This document shows positions 19,371 through 32,000 of a stretch of DNA of 32,000 nt, in pieces. Each line of letters begins with the position of its first letter. The first letter of the stretch is position 1. The position numbers and the translations under genes were made by a program. The DNA is from Wolbachia endosymbiont of Cimex lectularius. Lineage in GTDB: Bacteria > Pseudomonadota > Alphaproteobacteria > Rickettsiales > Anaplasmataceae. The stretch lies in NCBI RefSeq assembly GCF_000829315.1, contig NZ_AP013028.1, forward strand, positions 570,001-602,000, written 5' to 3'. The notes below the pieces were generated by a model. The model was not told the DNA's origin, made no database searches, and worked only from the letters and a program-made list of their open reading frames with translations.

Positions 19371-20117
19371 ATGGATTACTGTAAACTATTCGGTGAAAGT
19401 GGCAAGTATATAGCATATCGAAAGCTACAGGGAAGGAGAACTTCTATAGTCTTTTTTGGTGGGTTTGCATCAAATATGAATGGAACTAAAGCAACTGCTA
19501 TTTACAAATTTTGCCAAGAAAATGATGTAGCGCTTGTGCTATTTGACTACTTTGGCCACGGCCATTCAAGCGGTGATTTCACTGATTACACGATAAGTGA
19601 TTGGCAAAAAAATTGTACTAGAGTAATCAATGAATTAACTAGCAGCAAACAGATAATTATAGGCTCAAGTATGGGAGGGTGGCTGATGTTGCTCACTGCT
19701 CTTCAAATTCCAGAAAGAATTGCAGCATTGATTGGCGTATCATCTGCTCCTGACTTCACTGAAGATTTAATATTCAAGCAGTTATCAGGCAAGCAAAAAG
19801 AAGAACTAGATTCTAAAGGCGTAGTGGACTTTACTTCAGGGCGTTGTGCGTACAAAATCACCAAGAATTTGATAGAAGACGGCAGGAAAAAACTTCTTTT
19901 AAATAAAGAGACAATAGACATAAACTCTCCTGTACGCTTATTGCATAGCATTAACGATAAAGATGTTCCTTACCAAACCTCATTAAATTTAGCTGAAAGA
20001 GTCAAATCAACCGATGTTGAGGTGCACTTGACAAAATCAGCGGAGCATAACATGTCTGACAGCCATTCATTGAAAATTTTATTTCAGGCTATTAGAGAAT
20101 TTTTGCCTACTGTGTAG
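19371..20117 (+). CDS. alpha/beta hydrolase
   Basis: VFFGGFASNMNGTKA, LFDYFGHGHSSG, IIIGSSMGGWLMLLTAL (GxSxG), HSINDKDVPY, SAEHNMSD; listed ORF begins at 19353. Confidence 0.88.
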   Translation: MDYCKLFGESGKYIAYRKLQGRRTSIVFFGGFASNMNGTKATAIYKFCQENDVALVLFDYFGHGHSSGDFTDYTISDWQKNCTRVINELTSSKQIIIGSSMGGWLMLLTALQIPERIAALIGVSSAPDFTEDLIFKQLSGKQKEELDSKGVVDFTSGRCAYKITKNLIEDGRKKLLLNKETIDINSPVRLLHSINDKDVPYQTSLNLAERVKSTDVEVHLTKSAEHNMSDSHSLKILFQAIREFLPTV

Positions 20118-20199
20118 TTATAGCTAAAGTAATTGTGGTTTACCGATGATTAAAAAACCTCCATTTTGCATAGCTTTTAGTAGCACATTTGATAAAACA

Positions 20200-20660
20200 A
20201 AAAAACTACTTGACAAGTTCCTTCAACCCCCTTATAATGAGACTGAAGCTATTATTTATCTTCAGTCTGTGCAGATAAAATGACAAAAAACTCAATGTAC
20301 TTGGCGTCTCATGTTTAATTTTTTGCACTATGTGCACTCCATGTCTTCATAAAACTTCTAGGTTTTTACCTAATATAAGCTAAAATGCGCTTGCTAAAGC
20401 ATTTAAGACAATAAAAAACGCCAATTTAAAAGATAGATAGTGAATAACTAGCTAGTGGGGTTTCTTTTGCCTTTTGTCTGTTTAGTAAATTTCTTAATGT
20501 TTAAATTTAGATCAGTTGCGGTTTAAAAGCAGCTAGATTAGACGTTTAGAATAAAAAAACGCCAATTTATAAAGTTAATATAAATAATTAGCCACCGACG
20601 GGGCTTCTTTGCTTTTTTTTCTGTTTGGTAAATTTCTTAAATATTTATAGCTAAAGGTTA
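20200..20660 (+). repeat. dispersed noncoding repeat, copy C
   Basis: Aligns with copy B over about 430 nt; contains two diverged sub-units ending TGTTTRGTAAATTTCTTAA about 142 nt apart. Confidence 0.85.
20210..20238 (+). promoter_or_regulatory. consensus sigma70 promoter in repeat copy C
   Basis: TTGACA (20210-20215), exactly 17 nt, TATAAT (20233-20238). Confidence 0.7.
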
Positions 20661-20786
20661 GTTGCAGTTTAAGATACAATACAGTATGATTTAATTAACC
20701 AGAAAGTGGAGATATTAACATGAAAAACTTATGTAGCGAAACTGGATTACAGTTTCAGCTATTTGTATGACATCAAGGAGGAAGAT

Positions 20787-22178
20787 ATGGATAAAAAAAC
20801 CAGAACAGAATCAGACAGCTTGGGGGAAATAAAAGTACCAAGCGAACGTTATTGGGGAGCGCAAACACAGCGTTCTTTGGAAAATTTTAAAATTGGCACG
20901 GAAAAGATGCCAGAGCCTATAATTGAAGCATTAGCAATAGTAAAACTTGCAGCAGCACGTATGAATATGAAGCATAGTGCTATAGATGAAAAAGTAGGGA
21001 ATGCGATCTGCACAACTGCACAGGAGGTAATAGACGGCAAATTTAACGACGAATTTCCACTTGTCGTGTGGCAAACTGGATCTGGAACTCAAACCAACAT
21101 GAACATGAATGAAGTGATCAGTAATCGTGCAATAGAGATTTTGAGTGGCGATTTGGGCAGCAAGTCTCCAGTACACCCAAACGATCATGTGAACTTTGGC
21201 CAGTCATCAAATGACACTTTTCCAACAGCAATGCACATAGCAGCAGCAAAGCAGATAAATTGCTCTCTCATTCCAAGTCTTGAAGTGCTACATAAGGCAC
21301 TGAATGATAAGGTTCAGGAATTTAAAAATATAATAAAAGTAGGGCGTACTCATTTGCAAGATGCAACGCCTCTGACACTGGGACAGGAATTTTCTGGCCA
21401 TGCAGTTCAAATTAAAAAGGGAATAGAAAGAGTAAAATCAGCTCTGAACAATGTGTATGAACTTGCACAAGGTGGCACCGCGGTTGGTACGGGACTCAAT
21501 ACTAAAAAAGGCTTTGCTGAGGATTTTGCTAGAGAAGTGGCAGAAATTACCAATCTTCCATTTATTTCAGCAAAAAATAAATTTGAAGCATTAGCAGCAA
21601 ATGATGCTCTGGTTGAGCTAAGTGGAGCACTCAATACAGTAGCGGTCAGTTTAATGAAAATTGCAAATGATATAAGGTTGCTTGGTTCTGGTCCAAGGTG
21701 CGGAATTGGAGAAATAATCTTGCCAGAAAATGAGCCAGGTTCTTCAATTATGCCAGGTAAAGTGAATCCAACTCAATGTGAGGCAGTAACTATGGTATGT
21801 GCTCAAGTTATGGGAAATCATGTTACTGTAACCATCAGTGGTTCAAACGGCCATTTTGAACTAAACGTGTTTAAGCCAGTAATAATTTACAATGTTTTGC
21901 AGTCTATAAGACTTTTAGCTGACGCAAGTTTAAATTTCACAGAAAAATGTGTGATTGGCATTAAGGCAAATGAAAAGAGAATAAAAGATCTGCTGAATCA
22001 GTCATTAATGTTGGTCACTATATTAAATACGCATATAGGATATGATAATGCAGCAAAAATAGCCAAACTTGCTTACAAAGAAAATATCACCTTAAAGGAA
22101 GCGGCAGTGAAGCTTGAGCTGCTCACTGAAAAAGAGTTTGAAAGAATAGTAAAACCAGAAGAAATGGTAAATTTATAA
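20787..22178 (+). CDS. fumC: fumarate hydratase class II
   Basis: [56 protein letters not shown] at 20787 preceded by AAGGAGG. Confidence 0.98.
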   Translation: MDKKTRTESDSLGEIKVPSERYWGAQTQRSLENFKIGTEKMPEPIIEALAIVKLAAARMNMKHSAIDEKVGNAICTTAQEVIDGKFNDEFPLVVWQTGSGTQTNMNMNEVISNRAIEILSGDLGSKSPVHPNDHVNFGQSSNDTFPTAMHIAAAKQINCSLIPSLEVLHKALNDKVQEFKNIIKVGRTHLQDATPLTLGQEFSGHAVQIKKGIERVKSALNNVYELAQGGTAVGTGLNTKKGFAEDFAREVAEITNLPFISAKNKFEALAANDALVELSGALNTVAVSLMKIANDIRLLGSGPRCGIGEIILPENEPGSSIMPGKVNPTQCEAVTMVCAQVMGNHVTVTISGSNGHFELNVFKPVIIYNVLQSIRLLADASLNFTEKCVIGIKANEKRIKDLLNQSLMLVTILNTHIGYDNAAKIAKLAYKENITLKEAAVKLELLTEKEFERIVKPEEMVNL

Positions 22179-22427
22179 ATCACTAGTTTTATTACCAATG
22201 TTTAAAGCAGTTTCCTTTATCTCCTTTATTCTCTCGTCTGCTAACATTTTTAATTTCTCACCGTATCTGTAATAATTTCGCTTTATAGTGCACAGCTCAT
22301 CTGCAGAGTTATGATCCAATTTAGGGTAATATTCGTAATCGCAGTTTTCTTTGATGCCCTCAGTGCTTGTAAATGATGCTGAGAGTGGAAACGAAGCTAA
22401 TAGTAAAGTAAGTGCGAAGCTTTTCAT
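22173..22427 (-). CDS. small predicted secreted hypothetical protein
   Basis: 84 aa; N-terminal signal-like [19 protein letters not shown]; overlaps fumC stop by a few nt. Confidence 0.5.
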   Translation of the reverse strand: MKSFALTLLLASFPLSASFTSTEGIKENCDYEYYPKLDHNSADELCTIKRNYYRYGEKLKMLADERIKEIKETALNIGNKTSDL

Positions 22428-22572
22428 ACTGAATATTTAAGCTCAATTGCGTTATAAATCTATTAATAGTGAAAGAAGAAAAACCGATCAATAGATCTCT
22501 TGAACAACCTGCTTTCTGATTTAGCGCCAAAACTTGCTTTCGCTCCTCAAATTTTCCCGTTTTTGTAAACGT

Positions 22573-23217
22573 TTATTGTTTTGCATTCCAATCTTGTTCA
22601 AATATTACAAGCCCCTGGTCGGTAAGTGGATGGTTAAGTAATTGTCTAAGTATTTTCGCTGGCACAGTAATTGAATCAGCACCAAGCCTTGCAGCTTCTA
22701 CTACATGCGTTGGACTTCTTACCGATGCAACAAGAACTTTGGTATCAAAGCCGTAATTAGAATATATAGTGCATATATCTTCTATTAGTGACAAGCCATT
22801 ATAGCTTATATCATCAAGGCGGCCAACAAAAGGGGAAATAAAACAAGCACCGGCCTTAGCGGCAAGCAGTGCTTGTCCAGGAGAAAAACATAATGTAATG
22901 TTAACAGGTATTTTATGTTCTGTCCACAACTTTTTACAAGAAATTAATCCTTCATGTGTAAGAGGCAGTTTGATTACGATATTGCTAGCGATTTTCGCTA
23001 ACTTAAGACCTTCTTTAATCATATCTTCATGATTATCTGCAACAACTTCCACACTAACAGGCCCTTCTATAATAGAGCATATCTCACTTATTAAATCTTC
23101 ATACTTATCTTTACGCCCAGACTTTGCTATCAAAGAAGGATTGGTTGTTATGCCATCAATGAACTCTTTTAGTTCTTTAATTTCATTTAAATCAACGCTA
23201 TCAAGAAAAATTTCCAT
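22573..23217 (-). CDS. tal: transaldolase / fructose-6-phosphate aldolase-like protein
   Basis: MEIFLDSVDLNEIKE, GITTNPSLIAKSGR, NITLCFSPGQALLAAKAGACFISPFVGRLDD, DSITVP. Confidence 0.92.
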   Translation of the reverse strand: MEIFLDSVDLNEIKELKEFIDGITTNPSLIAKSGRKDKYEDLISEICSIIEGPVSVEVVADNHEDMIKEGLKLAKIASNIVIKLPLTHEGLISCKKLWTEHKIPVNITLCFSPGQALLAAKAGACFISPFVGRLDDISYNGLSLIEDICTIYSNYGFDTKVLVASVRSPTHVVEAARLGADSITVPAKILRQLLNHPLTDQGLVIFEQDWNAKQ

Positions 23218-23299
23218 ACTAACCTCTCATAAAAAAAATATCTTTGCAAAATCTTGCCATTAAACTCCTTGCATACCATTGTTTACATGAAAAACCAGT

Positions 23300-23690
23300 A
23301 GCCCACCCTTTAGTGTCATTCCAGCGCGTGACGCACAACTGTACGAACATTGTGATTTGTAGGTAATTTGCGTAGCAGACATTGTCATTCCAGTGCGTAA
23401 TACTGGAATCCAGTTTTTTGTTAATTTCATCGAAAATGTTGTGTAGTGCGCTTGTTTACGATCAATTTTTCTGGATCCCAGTGTCTCGCTACTTGGATGA
23501 CACCCTCCTGCTAGTCTCAAACCACAATGCTCGTACAGTTGTGCACGTGACACTGGAATCCAGAAAAAAAAGAAAACAGGTTCCAGTGTCATGCACTGGA
23601 ATGATAGGAGATAATGCAAGAAACCTATTGGTTTGCAAAATAGATCCCAGTGTCGGAGCACTGGGATGACACCTTGGAGTTTCTGGGATA
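23300..23690. repeat. cluster of short palindromic / dispersed intergenic repeats
   Basis: Several variants of ATTCCAGYGCGTRAYRCTGGAAT and GGATCCCAGTGTC...GATGACACC. Also CACAACTGTACGAACATTGTGATTTGTAGGTAATTTGCGTA, matching the 5.9-kb region in inverse orientation. Confidence 0.85.
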
Positions 23691-23761
23691 ACGAAAAAAG
23701 AGCATTTGGAGCAACAATCTTACAGCCATTTGAATAATAATTGATTTTTTGCCTAAGGCAG

Positions 23762-24106
23762 CTAAGAAAGATGTTTCTCATTAAGATAACTTAAACATAT
23801 ACTAATTCTTTTGCTCTTCAACGATTCCTCATCATGAATTACATGATCAAAAATCTGAACTTGGTTTGTCACAATGCTACAATTATTATCTGCAACTTCC
23901 AACACACCATTATCAACCATAACTTTTTCTTTTTTTTGATTACTCATTTTAACAGTAATGATACCAGGCAATAAATAAATCAAGTGAGGAGAATGGTGAG
24001 CTAAAACCATAAGCTCTCCTTCAAGCCCATTTATTGAAAGAGAAGTCACTTTATTGAATGAAATTTGATTATCAGGAGAAAAAAATTGCACTTTGAAGGT
24101 ATTCAT
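23762..24106 (-). CDS. atpC: ATP synthase F1 subunit epsilon
   Basis: KVQFFSPDNQISF, GLEGELMVLAHHSPHLIYLLPGIITV, VDNGVLEVADNNCSIV; directly downstream of atpD. Confidence 0.93.
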   Translation of the reverse strand: MNTFKVQFFSPDNQISFNKVTSLSINGLEGELMVLAHHSPHLIYLLPGIITVKMSNQKKEKVMVDNGVLEVADNNCSIVTNQVQIFDHVIHDEESLKSKRISICLSYLNEKHLS

Positions 24107-24111
24107 AATCT

Positions 24112-25611
<1,500 letters not shown>

Positions 25612-25661
25612 TCAAGAAAATAAATCTTATATTATTAATAGAAATTTTGCAACAACATTTG

Positions 25662-26750
25662 CTAATTACACTTTATTATGAACAGTGCAAACGCATTTAA
25701 GAGCCAAGTAATAATAAATAACACTAAACTAAGTACATAAGCAGCAAGTGTCTGCACACTATTGAAATCTTGATCTCCGGTAAGCAATGTAGCAATCTGT
25801 ACAGTAATAGTAGTAACTGAATTGAGAGGATTAAAAGTCAAGTTTGAGTTGATTCCCACAGCCATCAGCACGATCATTGTTTCGCCTATCGCTCTCGAAA
25901 TTGACAACAGAATTGCACTTAAAATTGTCGGCATTGCATAAGGTATTGTTATGTGCCATACAGTTTCTGCTGGAGTGGCCCCCAATGCCATAAAGCCGTA
26001 GCGTAAGCTCTTTGGAACAGACCTGATTGCGTCTTCCAATAAAGAAATAATAAAAGGAAGAATCATTATCCCTATCGATAGACCAGCAACTAAGGCACTC
26101 TCTGAGTGTATATTCAAACCAAAAAAACTTGCTATCTGTTTCACAGAAGAGGATAAAAATACAACCGAGAAATATCCATACACGACTGTGGGAATAGCAG
26201 ATAAAACTTGCAAAGTTGTATTAACAATGTAACGCACTTTCCCACTCGCATATTCACTAATATATATTGCAGAAAACAAACCAAGCGGAACAGCAACCAG
26301 CATTGCTACAATAGTTATAACCAACGTGCCAACCAAAAGCGGGGTTATACCGAAACATCCTATTTTTTCTCCATTGATAGTTACCACACTATGGCTCCAT
26401 TTCAAGCAAAACAAGAATTCTGAAATAGCTACTTCTTTAAAAAAATTAACAGATTGGGTAAGAATAGATAACATTATAAATAAAGTGATAAAAAACGATA
26501 TGGCTAGAGCCACAAACAGTGAAAATTTGATTATCTTATTTCCTTTGCTTTTAAATATAAAAGCAAACACGAAAAAAAGTAACGCTATAGAAATAGAAGT
26601 TATAAAACAATTGTTACAGAGTATTAATAACCAAGTTAACATCCATATACAACTGAGATATAAATAAGATTTAACCTTATCCACTTGCTTAAAGCAAAAT
26701 AAAAGAATTAGTAGCGTAGGTATAGAAAGGATTATTGCCAACAAATTCAT
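25662..26750 (-). CDS. pstC: phosphate ABC transporter permease
   Basis: SAIPTVVYGYFSVVFL, VPKSLRYGFMALGATPAETVWHITIPYAMPTILSAILLSISRAIGETMIV (EAA loop of PstC/PstA type). Confidence 0.88.
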   Translation of the reverse strand: MNLLAIILSIPTLLILLFCFKQVDKVKSYLYLSCIWMLTWLLILCNNCFITSISIALLFFVFAFIFKSKGNKIIKFSLFVALAISFFITLFIMLSILTQSVNFFKEVAISEFLFCLKWSHSVVTINGEKIGCFGITPLLVGTLVITIVAMLVAVPLGLFSAIYISEYASGKVRYIVNTTLQVLSAIPTVVYGYFSVVFLSSSVKQIASFFGLNIHSESALVAGLSIGIMILPFIISLLEDAIRSVPKSLRYGFMALGATPAETVWHITIPYAMPTILSAILLSISRAIGETMIVLMAVGINSNLTFNPLNSVTTITVQIATLLTGDQDFNSVQTLAAYVLSLVLFIITWLLNAFALFIIKCN

Positions 26751-26864
26751 CTATCGAATCTTATTTTACGAGAATACAACTTTAAGATTATCCAAATATA
26801 ATGCAACCATCATTTGACAATAAAGTAAAATAAATTAAAATAACTAATTATATTTATAAAAACA

Positions 26865-26999
26865 ATGAAGAGAACATTTCAACCGAAAAATTTGATAAGA
26901 AAGCGCAGGCACGGCTTCCGCTCACGTATGGCAACAAGGGCTGGAAGGAAAATTCTCAATAGGCGTCGCTCATTAGGATGCAAAAAACTATGTGCATAA
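26865..26999 (+). CDS. rpmH: 50S ribosomal protein L34
   Basis: 44-aa [47 protein letters not shown], below the supplied ORF length cut-off. Confidence 0.97.
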   Translation: MKRTFQPKNLIRKRRHGFRSRMATRAGRKILNRRRSLGCKKLCA

Positions 27000-27351
27000 T
27001 TAAGTTATCGAGCATAAAAAAAAAGAGTTTTCATTTGCTTTTAAAAATAAGCTAGCACCTGGTAGTCTTTTTTATCGTGGGCTCTACGTATCGTTATATG
27101 CCATAAAAGAGAAAGAGCCCGAAAAGTATATTTACACTATTAAAATAGGTCTAGTTATCAGTAAAAAAGCTGGAAAAGCAGCAAAAAGAAACAAAATCAA
27201 AAGACGATTACGGGCACTTGCCAGATTCATCATTCTAAATATAAATAACACAGGATACTATTACATAATATTGACTTATAGAAATATAATGCAAGCAAGT
27301 TATAAAAACTTACAGAAAGATCTAACTATTTGCCTAAAAAAAATAAAATAA
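26990..27351 (+). pseudogene. rnpA: ribonuclease P protein component with an apparent single-base frameshift
   Basis: ATG at 26990 overlaps rpmH. After A9 (27016-27024) the +2-frame reads EFSFAFKNKLAPGSLFYRGLYVSLYAIKEKEPEKYIYTIKIGLVISKKAGKAAKRNKIKRRLRALARF..., the RnpA signature. The start and body are in different frames. Confidence 0.82.
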
Positions 27352-27437
27352 AAAAAAATCTCAATTAAGGTATTTACAACTATATTATTTATGATAACAT
27401 AGGTAAAATTTTTAAAAATAGTTAATGGGTGTGGTGA

Positions 27438-27704
27438 ATGATAGAGCACATAAATGAGGTAAATAATATAAGCTTTGGTGAGATGTATGAGCATTTATTT
27501 CCCTCTAGAGAAAAAGGAACACGGATAGATTGGAAATCAGCATTTCTTCAACAAGAAGTATTATTAAAGAGTATGAAGAATAATGTAATATTACCAGAGA
27601 TCAGTCATTCCCCTTCAAAAGGAAATCAACTAGGAGAAGTAGGAACAATGTTAAATGATATAAAAGACCATGGAAATATAAGAAAAAAAAGGCAACGTGG
27701 TTAA
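27438..27704 (+). CDS. small hypothetical protein, 88 aa
   Basis: ORF starts after a GGTGTGGTG purine-rich stretch; basic C-terminus; no family recognised. Confidence 0.45.
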   Translation: MIEHINEVNNISFGEMYEHLFPSREKGTRIDWKSAFLQQEVLLKSMKNNVILPEISHSPSKGNQLGEVGTMLNDIKDHGNIRKKRQRG

Positions 27705-27784
27705 AGTAAAGATTTAAAAAACAATAGCAAAATAAGGGAATTAAAATAAAAGCACACTCACCACTTAAAAGAAATTCTTATAAA

Positions 27785-27890
27785 CTTGGCAGCGACCTAC
27801 TCTCCCTTTTCAAGTACCATCAGCGCTAAAAAGTTTCACTTCCGAGTTCGAGATGGGATCGGGTGTTTCATTCTTGCTATAGCCACCAAG
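27785..27890 (-). rRNA. rrf: 5S ribosomal RNA
   Basis: Reverse complement CTTGGTGGCTATAGCAAGAATGAAACACCCGATCCCATCTCGAACTCGGAAGTGAAAC...GGGAGAGTAGGTCGCTGCCAAG. Confidence 0.95.
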
Positions 27891-27944
27891 TTAATAAAAA
27901 TCTCTAATTCAATAAATTCAATTTAATATTTAACACTGCATATG

Positions 27945-30745
<2,801 letters not shown>

Positions 30746-30803
30746 TTACTCGACTATATGCAGAATATGCAGAGTTAAATATTATTGGAATTGAATTGAG
30801 ATT

Positions 30804-30832
30804 AAATTAATCTCTACCATAAAACTTGTCAA
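30804..30832 (-). promoter_or_regulatory. candidate promoter for the 23S-5S transcript
   Basis: Minus strand TTGACA (30832-30827), 17-nt spacer, TAATTT (30809-30804), about 60 nt upstream of the 23S 5' end. Confidence 0.45.
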
Positions 30833-31093
30833 ACATCTAAAAATCAAATTAACTTCTTACATGTTAGAAACTAATAAGCAATATGTCAATGCTTTTTTAC
30901 ACAAAATATTTACTTACATTAGCAACAATAATAATATACTTGTAATCCTGAGTAGGTAAAATTTATAATTTAAGTGAGTGTTAAAGCAGAATTATATACA
31001 ATTAAAGATCAATAAAAAATATTCCATAATATAAAATGCTTTAAAAATCAGGTCTACTCAAAAATGATAGTAAGCACCAAGGGTATCTAAAAT

Positions 31094-32000
31094 ATGAAAG
31101 GCAATTTATCCTTTATAAGTGTTATTTTAAGTTTTATTCGCAAGTTAATCGGTATGTTTAATATTAAGAAGACCAAACAATTCGCTGTAAATCAATACAA
31201 TAATCTCTATAGAGAAGCAACAGCACTTTTCGAAAAGTCCAAAAACCTGTTAAACACCAACATTGAAATCGGTTTATATCACTTCTATAAGGGTCACATA
31301 CCAGATGCAAAACTAAGATTTTGGTTGATCAGCATATTCTACTCCAATTTACCCGTAATTTGGTACAACATTGGAAGGTGTCATTTTGCAATGGGAAATA
31401 TTAACAAAGCTCATACCTATTTAACAAAGACACTAAAACTAGACAGTAACTATGAAGAAGCTTCTTATTACATAAACAAAATGATAAATCCAGCATCGAT
31501 CACAAAATTGCCAAAAAATCTCATAAAACAGTATTTTGATTACACTGGCGAGTATTTTGTTGAGCATTGGTTAATCGCTAAACAATACAGAGGACATGAA
31601 CTTGCGCATATGGTAATTACAGAAATCTTTAATAACTCCACTTCTGCACTCAACATACTTGATCTTGGTTGTGGAACTGGAATATGTGGTCATTTCTTAA
31701 AAATACACAATACTGGAAATTGCATAATAGGAGTTGATATTTCAAACAGAATGCTAAACATTGCCAGAGGATGCTTTATAAAGGGTAAACCTGTTTATAA
31801 TGAATTAATACACATGGAAATGACAGATTTCCTTAAACAAGAAAGAAACTACTCGTATGATGTCATTATTTTTGCCGAAGTGTTACATTATCTACATGAC
31901 TTCCGAGCAGAATTGGAACTAGCAAAAAGATCTATGAGCAAAAAAGGAGCAATCATATGCTTAATAAGAAGAAAGGAAGGTGAAGGTATTGACTTTGTAA
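31094..32000 (+). CDS. class I SAM-dependent methyltransferase with N-terminal TPR-like region (partial, runs off window)
   Basis: Continuous frame from ATG 31094; IPDAKLRFWLISIFYSNLPVIWYNIGRCHFAMGNINKAHTYLTKTLKLDSNYEEASYYINK (TPR-like) and LNILDLGCGTGICGHFLKIHNTGNCIIGVDISNRMLNIARG. Confidence 0.88.
   Translation, partial: MKGNLSFISVILSFIRKLIGMFNIKKTKQFAVNQYNNLYREATALFEKSKNLLNTNIEIGLYHFYKGHIPDAKLRFWLISIFYSNLPVIWYNIGRCHFAMGNINKAHTYLTKTLKLDSNYEEASYYINKMINPASITKLPKNLIKQYFDYTGEYFVEHWLIAKQYRGHELAHMVITEIFNNSTSALNILDLGCGTGICGHFLKIHNTGNCIIGVDISNRMLNIARGCFIKGKPVYNELIHMEMTDFLKQERNYSYDVIIFAEVLHYLHDFRAELELAKRSMSKKGAIICLIRRKEGEGIDFV

Noticed and set aside
23260-23781. 173-aa minus-strand ORF (MRNIFLSCLRQKINYYSNG...)
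   Set aside because: Most of it reads through palindromic repeats (FWIPVSRAQL, TGMTL motifs) and it overlaps the atpC end; most likely spurious.
27300-27494. 64-aa minus-strand ORF after rnpA
   Set aside because: AT-rich hydrophobic frame overlapping the rnpA 3' end and the start of the 27438 ORF; no support as a gene.

Overview
This window looks like chromosomal DNA of a Wolbachia-type Rickettsiales endosymbiont: AT-rich, split ATP synthase loci, a 23S-5S pair without 16S, IS5-family elements, WO-like phage remnants, and short palindromic intergenic repeats. Most of it is housekeeping: atpE, atpB, rsmA, tRNA-Thr(TGT), tpiA, ccmH, a ferredoxin, murD, a COQ9-family gene, rsmD, recJ, a cytochrome c, fumC, a transaldolase-family gene, atpC, atpD, pstC, rpmH, rnpA, 5S and 23S rRNA, and a partial methyltransferase. 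The accessory parts are decayed prophage-like islands at about 3.9-5.9 kb and 12.7-16 kb. They hold a truncated terminase, an ankyrin fragment and a truncated DNA methyltransferase, cut up by three full IS copies and one partial copy that share TNA-type 3-bp target duplications. I found no convincing new multi-gene defence or toxin system. The best candidates for novelty are: (1) a dispersed noncoding repeat family at about 3.5, 12.2 and 20.2 kb, each copy carrying a 17-bp-spaced sigma70-like promoter and two of them a hairpin with a compensatory change; (2) palindromic repeats read in frame inside murD; (3) an apparent frameshift at an A9 tract in rnpA; and (4) a membrane-anchored alpha/beta-hydrolase-like protein. 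No database search was run, so all identities rest on motif recognition.
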